A DNA stretch of 64,000 nt from Camelus dromedarius (taxonomy: Eukaryota), in contig NC_087436.1 in assembly GCF_036321535.1 (NCBI RefSeq), forward strand, positions 22,942,001 to 23,006,000. Reading direction: 5' to 3'. A program made the position numbers and the translations under genes. The notes under the pieces were generated by a model that was given only the letters and a program-made list of their open reading frames with translations, did not search any database and had not been told where the DNA came from. Within the stretch, counting starts at the first letter, position 1. Every line of letters starts with the position of its first letter. Of this stretch, positions 36,851-50,016 are shown in pieces.

Positions 36851-39800
36851 ACTGAAAACAGTACTGAACCACTGCAGGCATAACGTGTCTTTGAGAAACT
36901 GAATTCAGAACCCTAATTGGTTTCTGGTGCACAGCCCCGCTCCTTCCACTGGCTTGAAGAACCGCTCTCTGCCCTTGGCCTTGGTGGGCTTCCCCTATCC
37001 ACAGGCTATTCTGAGATTTAAGCAACTAGTGGTATTCTGATGGCCTAAGTTGGGGGCTTACTCAGAGCAGGGCAGGGGAGGAGGACAGGTGACAGTGAGG
37101 AAAGACCTGGAAGGGAAACAGAAGAGAAATAGAGTGCTGGGCAAAAGTGGGGCGAAACTCCTGAGCTGTGGGGGCCACATGACGGCACAGAGAAGCTTGC
37201 AGGGCTGCTCCCCTTCTCCCCGAGGCTCTAGTGGTGGAACTGCCCCTTTCCTTCCATCACCTGGCATCCTCATGGGCACTCCCCTCCCTGCAGAAGGGAG
37301 GAAAATCCAGTCCTTGCACGGCCTCTCGCTTCCCTACGTGATCAGCAGGTGCCCCTGTGACCTGCCTCCCCTTCACTTGGATTTCAGGGGTCGTGGTAAA
37401 AACAGGCAGGGTGTGCGTGACCGTCAGGGATTGCATGGATGGAGGAGACTGGAACGTGGCAAACGTTATTGAAGTAGAAAAAGGCAGTGGGGAAGGTGAG
37501 AGAATGAGAGAGGACAGGCCTTCCTCCCGCTCCCTGTGCCATCAGTCTCCTCAACAGACTTCAGTGAACAGTTTGTCCTGGTACTTCACAGAGGTTGCAG
37601 TTCAGTTTAACACCAATGTGTGTGTGTTGGGGGGGAGGTGCACACCGCCTGGGTCCCTCTCCAGAGTTTCATGCCATATGGTACATGCATTCTCTACAGT
37701 GTGGATGAATCCTGAACGCCAGCACCCACTGTAGTACCATTTTATATGGTACGCTTACTCCCTAAAAATATTCTCATGGTCCTTTCTCTTCTCCAAATTC
37801 AGTCCTTTCCTAATTGCTTCTTTTTACCTCTCATACTTGGCCCAGTAAGTAATAAGTCATTTTGTGTCTACTCAAGAGATAGATCTCTACCAGGGTACAA
37901 AGAGAATCTGAGTCTTCTAAATTCACGGCCATTGCTTTAGAGTGGCCGTGGGGGCAGAGAGCTGTTGAGCGCCTGCGAGGTGTCCGGCAGTGTCGTGGGC
38001 ATTAGTATTCAGTGGGGAGTAAGTACTGCACGTGATATTCTTTCCCTTTTGGAATGTAGACACAGCTCCCTGAAGAGCTTCATTATCACAACTGGAAGAG
38101 ACCTTGAAAGTGATTAAAGCTGACTTCTTCACGGAGAAAAGGGTGGCTTGGTGGGGAAGGAGAGTTGCCCAGGGTGGCAGAGCTGAAGCTGGACCAGGGA
38201 CCCGGGTCTCTTTGCCCTGCCTTCCCTCTGCTGCTCTTTACCTCTGCACCACATCTGGCCTGGCTATAAGCCGCTCGCCCTGTTCGAATCTTAGTCGTCA
38301 CTTGGCGCATGCATTAGTCCTCCTTAAAAGGGTTAGCAATTTGTCAGTAGGATTAAGCTAAGCGGTATTATTTTCAACGCAAGCCCAGAGAGGAGAGGCG
38401 TTCTCTGAGCTGAGAAACATATTGAGTAACTCCCAGGGGAAGCATTTCCCTAAGACAGAAATAGTGGGTATTTATGTAACCACATCATTTTGACCCAGGC
38501 TCTTAATCATTCAGTGTGGCGTGGTTTAAGATAGTGAGCAGAGGAAGGAGGTGGAGGAGGGAGTTGGATAAAGGGCTGACATCATAGGTCTGTTCTTAGA
38601 ATGAGAGGCTGTTGATAAAATGAAGATAGGGGTCAGATCACCTGCCCTGCCTGGTATGAGCTTAATCAAAAACAATAAAGACTGTGTTGTGCATGTGACT
38701 TTGACAATTAAAAAAGTTCAAGAAACACCCTGGTGAAAAGCATTTCTAATACAGAATTGTAACTCTTCAATTACTGCTGCTTAGTGTCTAATAATCTGTA
38801 ATAAAATTATTTGCTGTCTCTAAGCAGACCTGAGATAATCCACAAACCAAAGTAGGAACTTATACCGTGAAATGATTTCAGGTGATGTGTGGATCAGTAT
38901 AGAGATATATACATGCACATATCAACCGCACCAGATCCACTGTTTCACTAGTGTTACTTATTTATATGAAGCAAAAGTTGAAGTGAGTGAATTTAAATAA
39001 AGTGTTTTTATTGTAAACTGCTTAAAATTCTTTCTGACAATAAGCACGTATAAATCATTTAACAGAATTTAAATGGACTTCAGTTACTGACACTGTCTTT
39101 AGAATTTCGGACTTTTAAACATCTTACTTGCCTTTGAAACATCCTGATTTTTAAAGAAAGTTTTTTCCAATAAAAAAAAGAATACTCTAATTCCTGTAAC
39201 TCTCCTTCATTAAATGTATTTACTCTTGCCTACATTTAATATAAAAACTTACTCAGTTATTTTGGATATTGTTTTAAATCAAAGGTAAGAAAATATGTTC
39301 TGTAAAGAAAACAAATTAATGAAACATAAAAAGAAAACAGACAAACAAAAACCATCATGAAATTTGGTTTTATTTTTGATCCTCCTAGGAGATTATATAA
39401 ACTATTTCATCTTTTACAATGAATAGAAAATACAGATCTCTACTGAATAATCACTGAAACTAAAAAGACAGGAGAGAAAGAAGTAGTGAAGGGAAATGAA
39501 GAGGAACTATTACAAGAATGAGAGGAACTGGGGAAATAGGAGAAAGATAAAAGATGGTGAAAGAGGGAAGTTTAAATAAAACAGTATCTATAGAGAAGAG
39601 TCAGAGGAGGATACTCCGAGAGAGAGGCTTTGGTGGAATAACACAGAATTCAATTCATTTTGAAGGATTTCCGATTAAACGTTTAAAGAGAAGTTACATT
39701 TCTACAACCATAGGTATAGTGGCAACGTAATCTCCTGAAAGTTTTTCATAAACCTGATACAATGTAGATAGGTGAAATTTTCTGGCCTGTATCTTAAATC

Positions 39801-41000
39801 TGTGCATCTCAAACATTTTCCCAACTTAATTATTCAATTATAAGTAAAGTCAGGCTAATTTATTTAATTCCTTTTCCATGTAGCAGTTTTCAAAAGGCCA
39901 CAGATAAATTAGTACTGAATGAGTCATTCTGGTAGTTATTATGACATAAGACTTGAAAAACTCAACTGAGAAGTTTCCATACTGTTACACTTATTTATAT
40001 TCAGTGCCATTTGTGATTGTAGCAAGTTGAAATAACTTTTGAAGAAGGATGACTGTCTCGAGGGGTTAACATTTATGAAGCTTCCCAAACAAAATCCATG
40101 TTTGAAATATAACATTTCAGGCAACACCTCATTTGGGTTGTGGCAAGGCACATTCTTAACAAATTCGGTTGCCTTTGTCTTGACCTAAGTGTGTGGCAAG
40201 AACAAAGTCAAAAATTTTGAATCCTTACAGGCAGCTGCATTTGTCTTAAAGTTGATATACTTTGAACACCCTTGGGTTTGTGCATGAAAATTTAATTGCA
40301 TTTACTTGTAATATTCTGAGTTGTTAGTCTACCACCTGCATGGCAATTTGATGCTGCTGAAAATTGAATATACTTGTTAGTAAGCCAATATGTCTTACCT
40401 ACTTAGTATGTAGTCACAATTCAAGCGGTAAACCACGCTTGCATTCAGAGTTCTAAGGATTTTCCAGGATTAAAAACTATAAGCAGGGCTCTTCCTTATA
40501 TATACTGATCTGAGGAATTAAGAATGTATTTATGAAATTTGTGCTTAAATTGCTTAGCATTCTTGCTTTTGAACTACTTAAGTGGATAAAATTTTGACAT
40601 ACGTGTTTGGAACTATCTACTAGGAGAGATTTGGAGGCAGAATTTCTCTACACTGATTTCCTTGAAGAGGTTAGTGTGCCTTCCAAAACCGGTTTGCAAG
40701 TCCATTTCAACTCTTGATCTGATAAAACTTTTTTCTTCAGCTTTGCCAAGAATGAATACAATGGAAATATGTTTTGTCCAAAATTCAGGATGAGTTCAGT
40801 AATTTGACATTGCTGACCACAGCCCTAAATTTTATTTTCTCCTGAAACCATGTATCTGAGTGTAACAAACAATGTCACCAATCCCCTAACCTCATTGTCA
40901 TGAAAGAAGTTATTCCATGCCCGGACCATAGGAAATCCTTTCCTAGGCGTTGCTTTATCGTGTATTCCCTTTAAAATAAGAATTAAAACCTTAAGCTGAA

Positions 41001-41111
41001 GGGGTGGAGGGGTGGGTATAGCTCAGTGGTAGAGCACATGCTTAGCATTCACGAGGTCCTGGGTTCAATTCCCAGTACGTTCGTTTAAAAAACAAAACAA
41101 ACAAAAAACAT
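41001..41111 (+). mobile_element. Camelid tRNA-Ala-derived SINE (Vic-1 type)
   Basis: gggtatagctcagtggtagagcacatgcttagcattcacgaggtcctgggttcaattcccagtac (A box, AGC anticodon loop, B box), A-rich tail, TSD cttaagctgaa (40990-41000 / 41112-41122). Confidence 0.93.
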
Positions 41112-41507
41112 CTTAAGCTGAAAAAAAGGTATCAACACTTCAGTGAAACTTTCCAATATTACTATTTCACTCTGATGTGTGTTTCAACCATGAGGGTATT
41201 CCCAGGTCTTTCTCTTTCAAGTGTGGGATCAACCCATCAACAGAGCCAATTCCTTATTTGGTCCGAGAGATATCTGAGCATGTGAGTTTTACTTAACACC
41301 CTCTCTCGCTTTGATCACAATAGGAATTGTCAGAGTTTTGCCTGTTTGTGAGTTGGAATGACCTCTTCACTGCCCTTTTCTGGTATGTCAGGGTTTCTGA
41401 CAGGTGGCTTTTCAGAGTAGTGAATTCTCAGAGGAGGCCATATTCTGCCTTCCCCGCCCTGAAGATGCCAGCAAGACTCAGAGAGAGGGAGGAGGATCCC
41501 GTGTCTG

Positions 41508-41525
41508 CAGCAGCAGCAGCAGCAG
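41508..41525. repeat. (CAG)6 trinucleotide repeat
   Basis: Direct read. Confidence 0.9.
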
Positions 41526-41945
41526 TCGGCGGCTTTACCTTCTAAAGTAGATCTGCCCTGCCTGGTGCGAACTCCTAGGTTACAGGCTGCTATTTACCTT
41601 TCACAAATATGAAGCTGCACTATTTTTGGAAGCGAGCTTGACTCTTGGCAGCGGCCTATTCTGCTGTCTGTGTGTCATAGATCCTGGAACCCACAAGTTG
41701 GAAGGAACTTAGAGATTCTACAGACAAATCCTGCAGGGACTGATAGTTGAAGGTCACAGTCAAGGGGGCGGCCCAGGAACCAGCACCCAGGGCTACATCC
41801 TTCCAGTTTTGCGCAGCACCACATGATCTATGGTGTTGGGGCGGTTCTCCTCTGCAGGCCGGGCATTGCAGCCTCCACGGGAGCTCAGCTTACTTCTGGC
41901 TAAAGGCTTGAGAGCGACCTCTCCTCAGGATTCCCTGATGGTACC

Positions 41946-42322
41946 TGTCTTAGCCAGGGCTGCCATATCAAACTATCGCAGACTAAGTGGCTTAAACAAG
42001 AAAACTTTATTTTCTTACAAATCTGGAAGCTGGAGTCCAAGATCAAGGTGCCAGTAGGGTTGGTTTCTGGTGAGACTTCTCTCCCTGGCTTGTAGATGGC
42101 TGTCTTCCTGTGATGTCCTCTCATGGTGGGGGAGAGAGAGAGAACGCCCTGATGTCTGTTCCTCTTCTTGTAAGGACAATGGTCCTGCAGGAAGGATCAG
42201 GGCCCCACCCTATGACCTCAGTTAACCTTGATTACCTCCTTAAAACCTCTGTCTCCAAATACAGTCACACTGGGGGTGAGGGCTTAACCTATGAACTGGG
42301 GGACACAGTTTAGTCCACGACA
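41946..42322 (-). mobile_element. Complete MLT1A-type solo LTR with 5-bp TSD
   Basis: TG...CA termini and gtacc on both sides (41941-41945, 42323-42327). MLT1A motifs such as ctccaaatacagtcacactggggg and gtccaagatcaaggtgccag. Confidence 0.92.
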
Positions 42323-42534
42323 GTACCCAACCATTAAATAAAGTCCGCAGGGAACTGGCCTGGGCTCTGTGTTGGATGACTTTATTTTGCATTGTTACCT
42401 ACCTGGAAGCAACTTCAATTAGAAGCTCTTTAGGGAACATTGTTTATCTGGCCTCCCTAAATCGAAGTCAGAGAACACATATATCTGAAGTCTCTGACAG
42501 CTCTGGGCCACTGGACCATACTTTGAAAGTCGTT

Positions 42535-42985
42535 TTTGAGTAGGTAATGCATCGTATGACACAGAATTCAAAGGGTATGTAGTGAAAAGCATGTGCCTCT
42601 CACTCCCCTCATCTGTTGCTAGTGACTTCTTTACATTTACACGGGCAGCCTGCGCATTGTCAAGCAATCTGTACACAGTCTTTCTTTTACACAAGTGGTA
42701 GCATATTGGACTCACAGTTCTAGACTTTACTTTTTTCACTTAAGAGTAAGTTATGACAACTATTCAGCATCAGTTCATATGGAGCTAATAATTTTATATA
42801 CTTTGCATTTCATAAAATCTGAAATATTTCATTGTGGATATACCACAATTTTCTAACCAGTCTCCTGTTGATGACCTCCTAGGTTATATTTCTAGATTTT
42901 AAATTATATTTTTATCAAATATACAAACTGGGCTGCAGTAAGTATCTTACAGATAGTATTCACGCACGTGCACACATGTGAAGAT
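42535..42985 (-). mobile_element. L1ME-type 3' end
   Basis: ttttgagtaggtaatgcat...attgtggatataccacaattttctaaccagtctcctgttgatg. Confidence 0.7.
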
Positions 42986-43559
42986 GACCATATTATTCCC
43001 ATCATGGTTTGTAGAAGAGAGTTTTAAGTGGCTCTGAGATGTGACAGAGTTTCCAGAAAAAAAGGGAAACTCTGCAGATTTGCTTGGTGCTGTCTCTGTG
43101 CCGCGGCTCACAAGTCTCATATTCTAGAATATTCTCCCGAGTCCTCTCTGCCTCATTATCCCCAGTTCCAACTCTTCTCTTCCACGAAGATTTCCCTGAT
43201 GACCAATTTTTTTTTTCACTTGTATTCTTTGTTCATTCCACTCGCTGAATCTTCAGTACCTGGAATCAGGAAATCTAATCACCTACAGGCAGGACTCTCT
43301 AACACTTTGCTAAATACAGTTTTTCTCTTGAAATATTTCTTGTGTGCATATCATTTCCCTAGCTAGATTCCTTAATGAGAAACCAAAATTTACCTTGCTT
43401 CTATAATAGTAGAATATAATTTTTATAACACTTCATAGGATAAAAAAGAATGCTTATATTCACATTTTATTCTTTCATCAATGTTTTCAAGTAGCCATAG
43501 CAATCTCACATTTACATAAAGTATTAATAATGTGTAATTATAACATATAATTAGTATAT

Positions 43560-43715
43560 ACTTATTGTTATTATTATTTTATCATAGAGGTGAAGAAATT
43601 GAGGCACAGTGAGGCTAAGTGCTCAAGGCATGCAGCTATCAAGTGGTAAAGGCAGGACTTTAAACCGGTAACTCTTCCAAATCACGTTTCCTTTCCACTG
43701 TCTCACACTATCTCT
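43560..43715 (-). mobile_element. MIR
   Basis: agaggtgaagaaattgaggcacagtgaggctaagtg...cagctatcaagtggtaaaggcaggactttaaacc. Confidence 0.8.
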
Positions 43716-45081
43716 TAACATTCAGCAGAGCGGAGCACTCAATAAAGAGCTGTCGATTGATTGAACAGGAACATCCATCGAGATGGTCCAGGTGAAACCC
43801 AGGTGGGTGACAGCCTTGAGTGGAAACACACCTGGCTCTCGACTTCAGCGAGCCTGGCGAATGGGTCATTTTGGCCTTCAGTTTTCAGCTTCCCATCTTC
43901 TGGGACTATGCACGGTCTTTTTTCATATTTTGCAGAGCCAGGATTTCCTCACTCTCAGGCCTTACTTTGGTCTGGATGCCTTTTAAATGTGATTTTGGTT
44001 GTGTGGCCAGCAATGCAGTGAGGTCACTCACTGTTCAGTATTAGCCTCTGGCTTGAGTTTGCAAGGACCGGTTGAAAAGACGATGGATTACGCGCGTGAA
44101 CGTGCACAGTGGAGCAACAGCCCCCTGACCAATACCGGTCAGTATTTATTATGAAGAAACCTTGTGATGAGTTTTATTCCCACCTCCAGCTTGCACCCTT
44201 GGTCTGATATGCACACAGATCAGCTAGGTCCCAGAGTAGCCTCTCCTGTCGGATTCTTTGGGCCTCTGCCTTCAAGACAGCTTGCTAACTCATAGTTGGG
44301 GGGAAGAGGAAGATGGTAATCTGACTAGAGCTTTCAACACTTTACCCTCTTTAAAAGCTTTCCGGATTCGGCTGGGCTGGTTTGGAGCATGCATGATCTT
44401 GGATTTCCATTCCAAACATGGTTAATCTGCTGTTCTTGTTTTGATCCTTTCCACAAACCCTCCTCTTGGAGGGACTGGAGGCACGCGTGTATCCACGTGG
44501 CTTGCGAAGGTCTAGAGGAAGCTGAGACAGAGTGGGTAATTATTTAGAAAGCTTTTACATTCTCAGATGCTAGTGGCAGCTATTTTTAGGCCCTAAGAGG
44601 CAAGTCACCACTGTTATGCCAACAACACTTACACATGCAACTCTTTTCATGCCAAAATGGACCAGGCCTGTGATCCTTCCTGGGCAGAATTTTATGATGA
44701 GTGAGTGTCACTGCCTTCTTCGAATTCTCTCCCCAAGTTCTTGCTCATGGCTGAGTGCCTTCCACTGTGCTCAGATTTGGGTTTGGGGAGGAGGGTGTAG
44801 GAGCTAATGGTGGGGAGGGGGCAGGGAGGAGACAAGGAATAACTATCTTTCTCAACTCCGAAAAATGATGTCTTTAACATTTTTTGAAATCACCACCTGG
44901 CTGAAGTCAGTCTGTTCAAGCAGGATGAAGACCTTAGAGGAATCATAAACAAGCTTGTTTCACCAGGCCACAGAAATACCTAGGATAACCAGGGGCTTTC
45001 ACTATGATCAGGGAAGATCTTCCTCCCGCTGCATGACCCTGGGAGGCCTGCTCCAAAAATATGTCCTATGGCCACCTTCAG

Positions 45082-45544
45082 TATGGTAGGCAGGATAATG
45101 TCCCCCTGCAAAGATGTCAGCATCCTAATCTCCAGAACCTGTGAATATGTTGTCGAAGGGCCTGTGCAGATGTGATTGAGTTAAGGGTCTTGAGACAAGG
45201 AAATTATCCTGGATTATCTAGTGTGATTACAAGGATCCTTATAAAAGGGAAGAAAGAACAAGGGTCAGAGAAAAGAGGAGGAGCTGTGACAAAGAAACAA
45301 AGTTTGGGGCAATGTGGCCACAAGCCAAGGAATACAAGCTGCCTCTAGAAGCTGGAAAAGCCAAGGACACAAGTTCTCCCTTAGAGCCTCCAGGAGGAGC
45401 ACAGCCCTCCTGATGCCTTGATGTTAGCCCAGTGACACCCGTTTCAAACTTCTGATCTCTAGAACTGTAAGGTAATAAATTAGGATTGTTTTAAGCCACT
45501 AAGTTTGTGATAATTTGTCACAGCAGCAATGGGAAACTAATACA
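45082..45544 (+). mobile_element. MLT1D-type solo LTR
   Basis: tatggtaggcaggataatgtccccc...aaagatgtc...tttaagccactaagtttgtgataatttgtcacagcagcaatgggaaactaataca. Confidence 0.92.
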
Positions 45545-46349
45545 CCTCCAAGACTGATTTTGACAACCGTAGGGAAGACGCATCACTCCTGACAGCACCA
45601 TCTCCCCATCCTTTCTACCTCTCATGGGTCCTGGGGAGGATGATTGATGCCAGTCTTCCTGGTCACCTGCTCTGCTCCAAAGGCCATCCCTCCACTCCTG
45701 TGTGGGAGGACACTGCCTACCAGATCCCAGCTCTTTTCCTCAACAAGAAGCAGACCCCTCTCCATGTAGGACTGGCACCAGCTTCCAGAGTTACCCCTGG
45801 GAAAGGGGTTAGGGAGGATGGCTTGTTAACACCCAGCTCACCCTTTGAAACAGGTGCTTCTGAGTGTCTCCTCTTCACCAGGGAGGAACAGGGTCAGAGA
45901 ACCTTGTCATGTCCAGGAAAGCTTCCCTCACTCAGTGAAAGATGGCGCACACCGCGGTCTTCCCTTGGCTGGTCCGGAGCAGACCTTGAGCCCCTCTCCT
46001 GCTACCAGCTGCAAGTGCAAAGCCCAGGCCAGCTGGCCAGGCTGCAGCCTCCTTTTCATCTCCCAAGCCTGCCCCAGAGATACAGCTCTCCCACTCAACC
46101 TCCTGCTTTATCTTCCTTTTCTCTTCCCAGTCCCTGGTTAACCCTTTACCTCCTTATCCCTAACAAGTTTGTCTGAATATTCCTATGCACTCAGATGGAA
46201 ATTCTGAAGGTTGAGAGAAAGGTACATAAAAATACACACAAGTATACTAAATTTTTTTTACAAGTATACTAAAATTTTAAATAAAGAGAACTCAAGTTGG
46301 AATCATTGCCACACATTCTTCTTTCTTAAGTAGAATAGGCGAACGTAAT

Positions 46350-46700
46350 ATTATTTATTTATTTTAAATTGAAGTATATTTTTGTGTATTTTGTGCACTG
46401 TGTATTTTGAAGAATATTATTGAAGTAATATTTGCAAATGATTTTCCAGTTAAAAGTTGTTAATGTGGTGAGGAAAGCTATCATTTTGTTTCATCTCAAT
46501 TGTTTACGAAAGGGAAAGCAAGTGTAATTTCTAGAATGGGCAAGCATAGTCGATTTACAATATCACATCAGTTTCAGGTGTACAACATAATGATTCAGTA
46601 TTTTCGTAGCTGATACTCCATTTCAAGTTATTATAAAATAATGACTATGTTTCCCAGGGCTATACAATGTATCCTTGTTGCTTATTTATTTTATGCACAT
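46350..46700 (-). mobile_element. L1 3' tail interrupted by a ~170-bp non-L1 insertion
   Basis: ttttaaattgaagtata (to ~46378) resumes as tagtcgatttacaatatcacatcagtttcaggtgtacaac at ~46547. Compare the uninterrupted copy at ~47150. Confidence 0.85.
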
Positions 46701-47124
46701 TCTTTTCTGGCAAAGAATCTAAGAATTTGAAGAATTTTTGGTATTATCAATACAATCCCTTCCTCCTAGGGACAAACCAGGTTTACACTATTGTATGTAT
46801 TTTCAGAAGACATTTTGCTTTTTTTCATTTTTTGTGTGTTTTTAAAATATACACAATTTTTATTTGTTAATTATACCCCAGTAAAGCTGGAAAAAGTAAC
46901 AACCACTACCAAAAAAAGCATTATCTCCATTCACATTTTGTTTGTGAAACTCATCTTTTGATGAAAAAAATCGGTAGTTCATTTATTTTTATTGCTGCTG
47001 ATATTTCATGGTGTGGATAGTCCACAAATGATTTATCCATTCTTCTGTTTTTAAGCATTTCATTTGTTTCCAGTTTTTAACTTTCATAAATTTTTCTCCA
47101 ATGAATGTCTTTCTTAGGTCTTTG

Positions 47125-47370
47125 TTTTTAAATTTTATTTTATTTTTTATTGAAGTATAGTTGATTTATAATATTATATTAGTTTGAGGTATAAAGCTTA
47201 GTGATTTCCTATTTTTATAGATTATACTCCATTTAAAGTTATTACAAAATAATGGCTATATTCCCTTTTGCTGTACAATATATCCTTGTTCCTTATCTGT
47301 TTTATACATAGCAGTTTGTATCTTTTAATCTGCCCCCCATCTTGCCCCTTCCCCCTCCCTCTCTCTACAG
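47125..47370 (-). mobile_element. L1 3' tail
   Basis: tttttattgaagtatagttgatttataatattatattagtttgagg...ctgtacaatatatccttgtt. Confidence 0.9.
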
Positions 47371-48607
47371 AAGATGTTTTTCATTATTTAAGAATTTTAA
47401 GAATTTTAGTTCTTAAATTGACCCCACTAAGATTTGGACTATCTGATGATGAGAATATTAGCATGATTCCAGGCTTTCCACATTTGGTATAATTATTTTA
47501 TCATTACACCTGGGAAAAAAATCAAACATGCTTTTCTTTGCTCTCTAAATTTATCCTTTACTTAATATTATTCCCAGATAAATTATTGTTCTTAAATTTC
47601 ACTTAGAATATATTTATTAGCATCAGATTTGGAAAGATGCTTTATCGGTTGCTTAGCAACTCAAATATGTAACTATCTTTTGCTTTAGTTAGAATCTTCT
47701 TGAAGGTTGAAGTCTTGACATTCAGACTGGTGTGTTTTTAGTGAGGAAATGAAGTTTTACAGCTGTAATCTTTTAGAGTGGTTTTGAGGCTCCAGAAATT
47801 AATATTTGCAAATGATTTCCCAAATAAAATTTGTTAATGTGGTGAAGAAAGCTATCATTTTGTTTCACTTCAGAGTTGTTTACAAAAGAGAAAACAAGTT
47901 TATATCTAGAATAAGCAAGGGAAACAATTAGCTCCAAACAATGCACACTCTGCATTGACTGTGAAGGCAGCACATGGAAAGCCTGTGATGGTGTCAGAAG
48001 AGGCCTTTGACTCCTTACTGTTTAGGATGCAGTCTGTGGGCATGTGTAAGCTAATGACTTTTATAAATGCTGACATCGCCGTGCATTAGGAGTGCTGTCT
48101 AGAATAATCTAGCTGTAATTTGGAAAATCCAAATAGAAGTTTAAAGAACAGATCCAAAAGAAAGAAAAAGATCCTTTTTCATTTTTCTTTCATTAGTTCT
48201 TGACTTTTTTTTTTCTTTTTTGGCTACTGTCTATACGAATTAGTCAGTGAATTCAGTTCTATGTCTAATGATTTTGGTGAGGCGCTCTCTGAATGAGAAG
48301 TGAAATGCTCTTAATTTCTTTGTTTGGTAACCTATGACTGGCTGGGTCTTTCTAGACTCAGCCTGACCATCAGCATTCACCTATACTTTGCTTCAACTAT
48401 TGTCATCTCCAAAGTAATATGTAATAAATAATATATAAGTAATATATAAAATAAATAATAAGTAATAAATAATAGTCCTCAAGATTTGTGTTTCATGTGG
48501 GTTAGGAAAAAAACAACAACAAGATAGAAAGATTGTGATTTCGTGCTTCAATTTACACATTTAGTTGTTAGTATTACAGGATAAATGCTCAAGAGTTAGA
48601 ATTTTTG

Positions 48608-49629
48608 TTGCTACAAATGGCATTATGTTGTCGGTTTTTATGGCTGAGTAGTATTCCATTGTATAAATATAGCACTTCTTCTTTATCCAGTCACCTGTTG
48701 ATGGACATTTAGGCTGTTTCCATGTTTTGGCTATTGTAAATAGTGCTGCTATGAACATTGGGGTGCAGGTGTCATCCTGAAGTAGGGTTCCTTCTGGATA
48801 CAAGCCCAGGAGTGGGATTCCTGGGTCATACGGTAAGTCTATTCCTAGTCTTTTGAGGAATCTCCACACTGTTTTCCATAGTGGCTGCACCAAACTGCAT
48901 TCCCACCAGCAGTGTAGGAGGGTTCCCCTTTCTCCACACCTCTCCAGCATTTGTCATTTGTGGATTTTTGAATGACGGCCGTTCTGACTGGTGTGAGGTG
49001 ATACATCATTGTAGTTTTGATTTGCATTTCTCTGATAATTAGTGATATTGAGCATTTTTTCATGTGCCTTTTGATCATTTGTATGTCTTCCTTGGAGAAT
49101 TGCTTGTTTAGGTCTTCTGCCCATTTTTGGATTGGGTTGTTTATTTTTTCTTACTAAGTCATACGAGCTGCTTATACATTCTGGAGATCAAGCCTTTGTC
49201 GGTTTCATTTGCAAAAATTTTTTCCCATTCCGTAAGTTAACTTTTTGTTTTACTTCTGGTTTCCTTTGCTGTGCAGAAGCTTGTAAGTTTCATTAGGTCC
49301 CATTTGTTTATTCTTGCTTTTATTTCTTCTAGGAGAAAATTTTTGAGATGTATGTGAGATAATGTTTTGCCTATGTTTTCCTCTAGGAGGTTTATTGTAT
49401 CTTGTCTTATGTTTAAGTTTTTGATCCATTTTGATTTTTGTATATGGTGTAAGGGAGTATTCTAGCTTCATTGTTTTACATGCTGCTCTCCAGTTTTCCC
49501 AACACCATTTGCTGAGGAGACTGTCTTTATTCCATTGTATATTCTTGCCTCCTTTGTTGAAGATTAGTTGACCAAAAGTTTGTGGGTTCATTTCTGGGCT
49601 CTCTATTCTGTTCCATTGGTCTATATGTC
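48608..49629 (-). mobile_element. Inverted 5' segment of a young L1 (ORF2 C-terminal part, frameshifted)
   Basis: ORFs 49250..49591, 48845..49078 and 48561..48950 match L1 ORF2p ([13 protein letters not shown]...[32 protein letters not shown]...YTMEYYSAIK). Confidence 0.97.
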
Positions 49630-50016
49630 ATTCTAAGTGAAGTAAGCCAGAAAGAGAGAGAAAAATATCATATGAGATCGCTCATATGTGGAATCTAAAA
49701 AACAAAAACAAACAAACAAACAAAACAGCGTAAATACAGGACAGAAATAGACTCATAGACACAGAATACAGACTTGTGGTTGCCAGGGGGGTGGAGGGTG
49801 GGAAGGGATAGACTGGGATTTCAAAATTGTAGAATAGATAAACAAGATTATACTGTATAGCACAGGGAAATATACACAAAATCTTATGGTAGCTCACAGA
49901 GAAAAAAAGGTGACAATGAGTGTGTATATGTTCATGTATGACTGAAAAATTGTGCTGAACACTGGAATTTGACACAACATTGTAAAATGATTATAAATCA
50001 ATAAAAAATGTTTTAA
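49625..50016 (+). mobile_element. Non-inverted 3' segment (3' UTR and tail) of the same L1
   Basis: atgtcattctaagtgaagtaagccag...aattgtgctgaacactggaatttgacacaacattgtaaaatgattataaatcaataaaaaa. 17-bp TSD around the whole element. Confidence 0.97.

Noticed and set aside
41001..41090. tRNA-Ala-like sequences (also at 57319 and 58466) as real tRNA genes
   Set aside because: A-rich tails, TSDs and broken stems show they are SINE copies.
45640..46176. Longest ORF in the window (178 aa)
   Set aside because: No recognisable domain or splice context. The Pro/Leu/Ser-rich composition is expected from C-rich non-coding DNA.
48561..49591. ORFs with clear protein similarity as a host gene
   Set aside because: They are frameshifted L1 ORF2p fragments in a truncated, inverted element.
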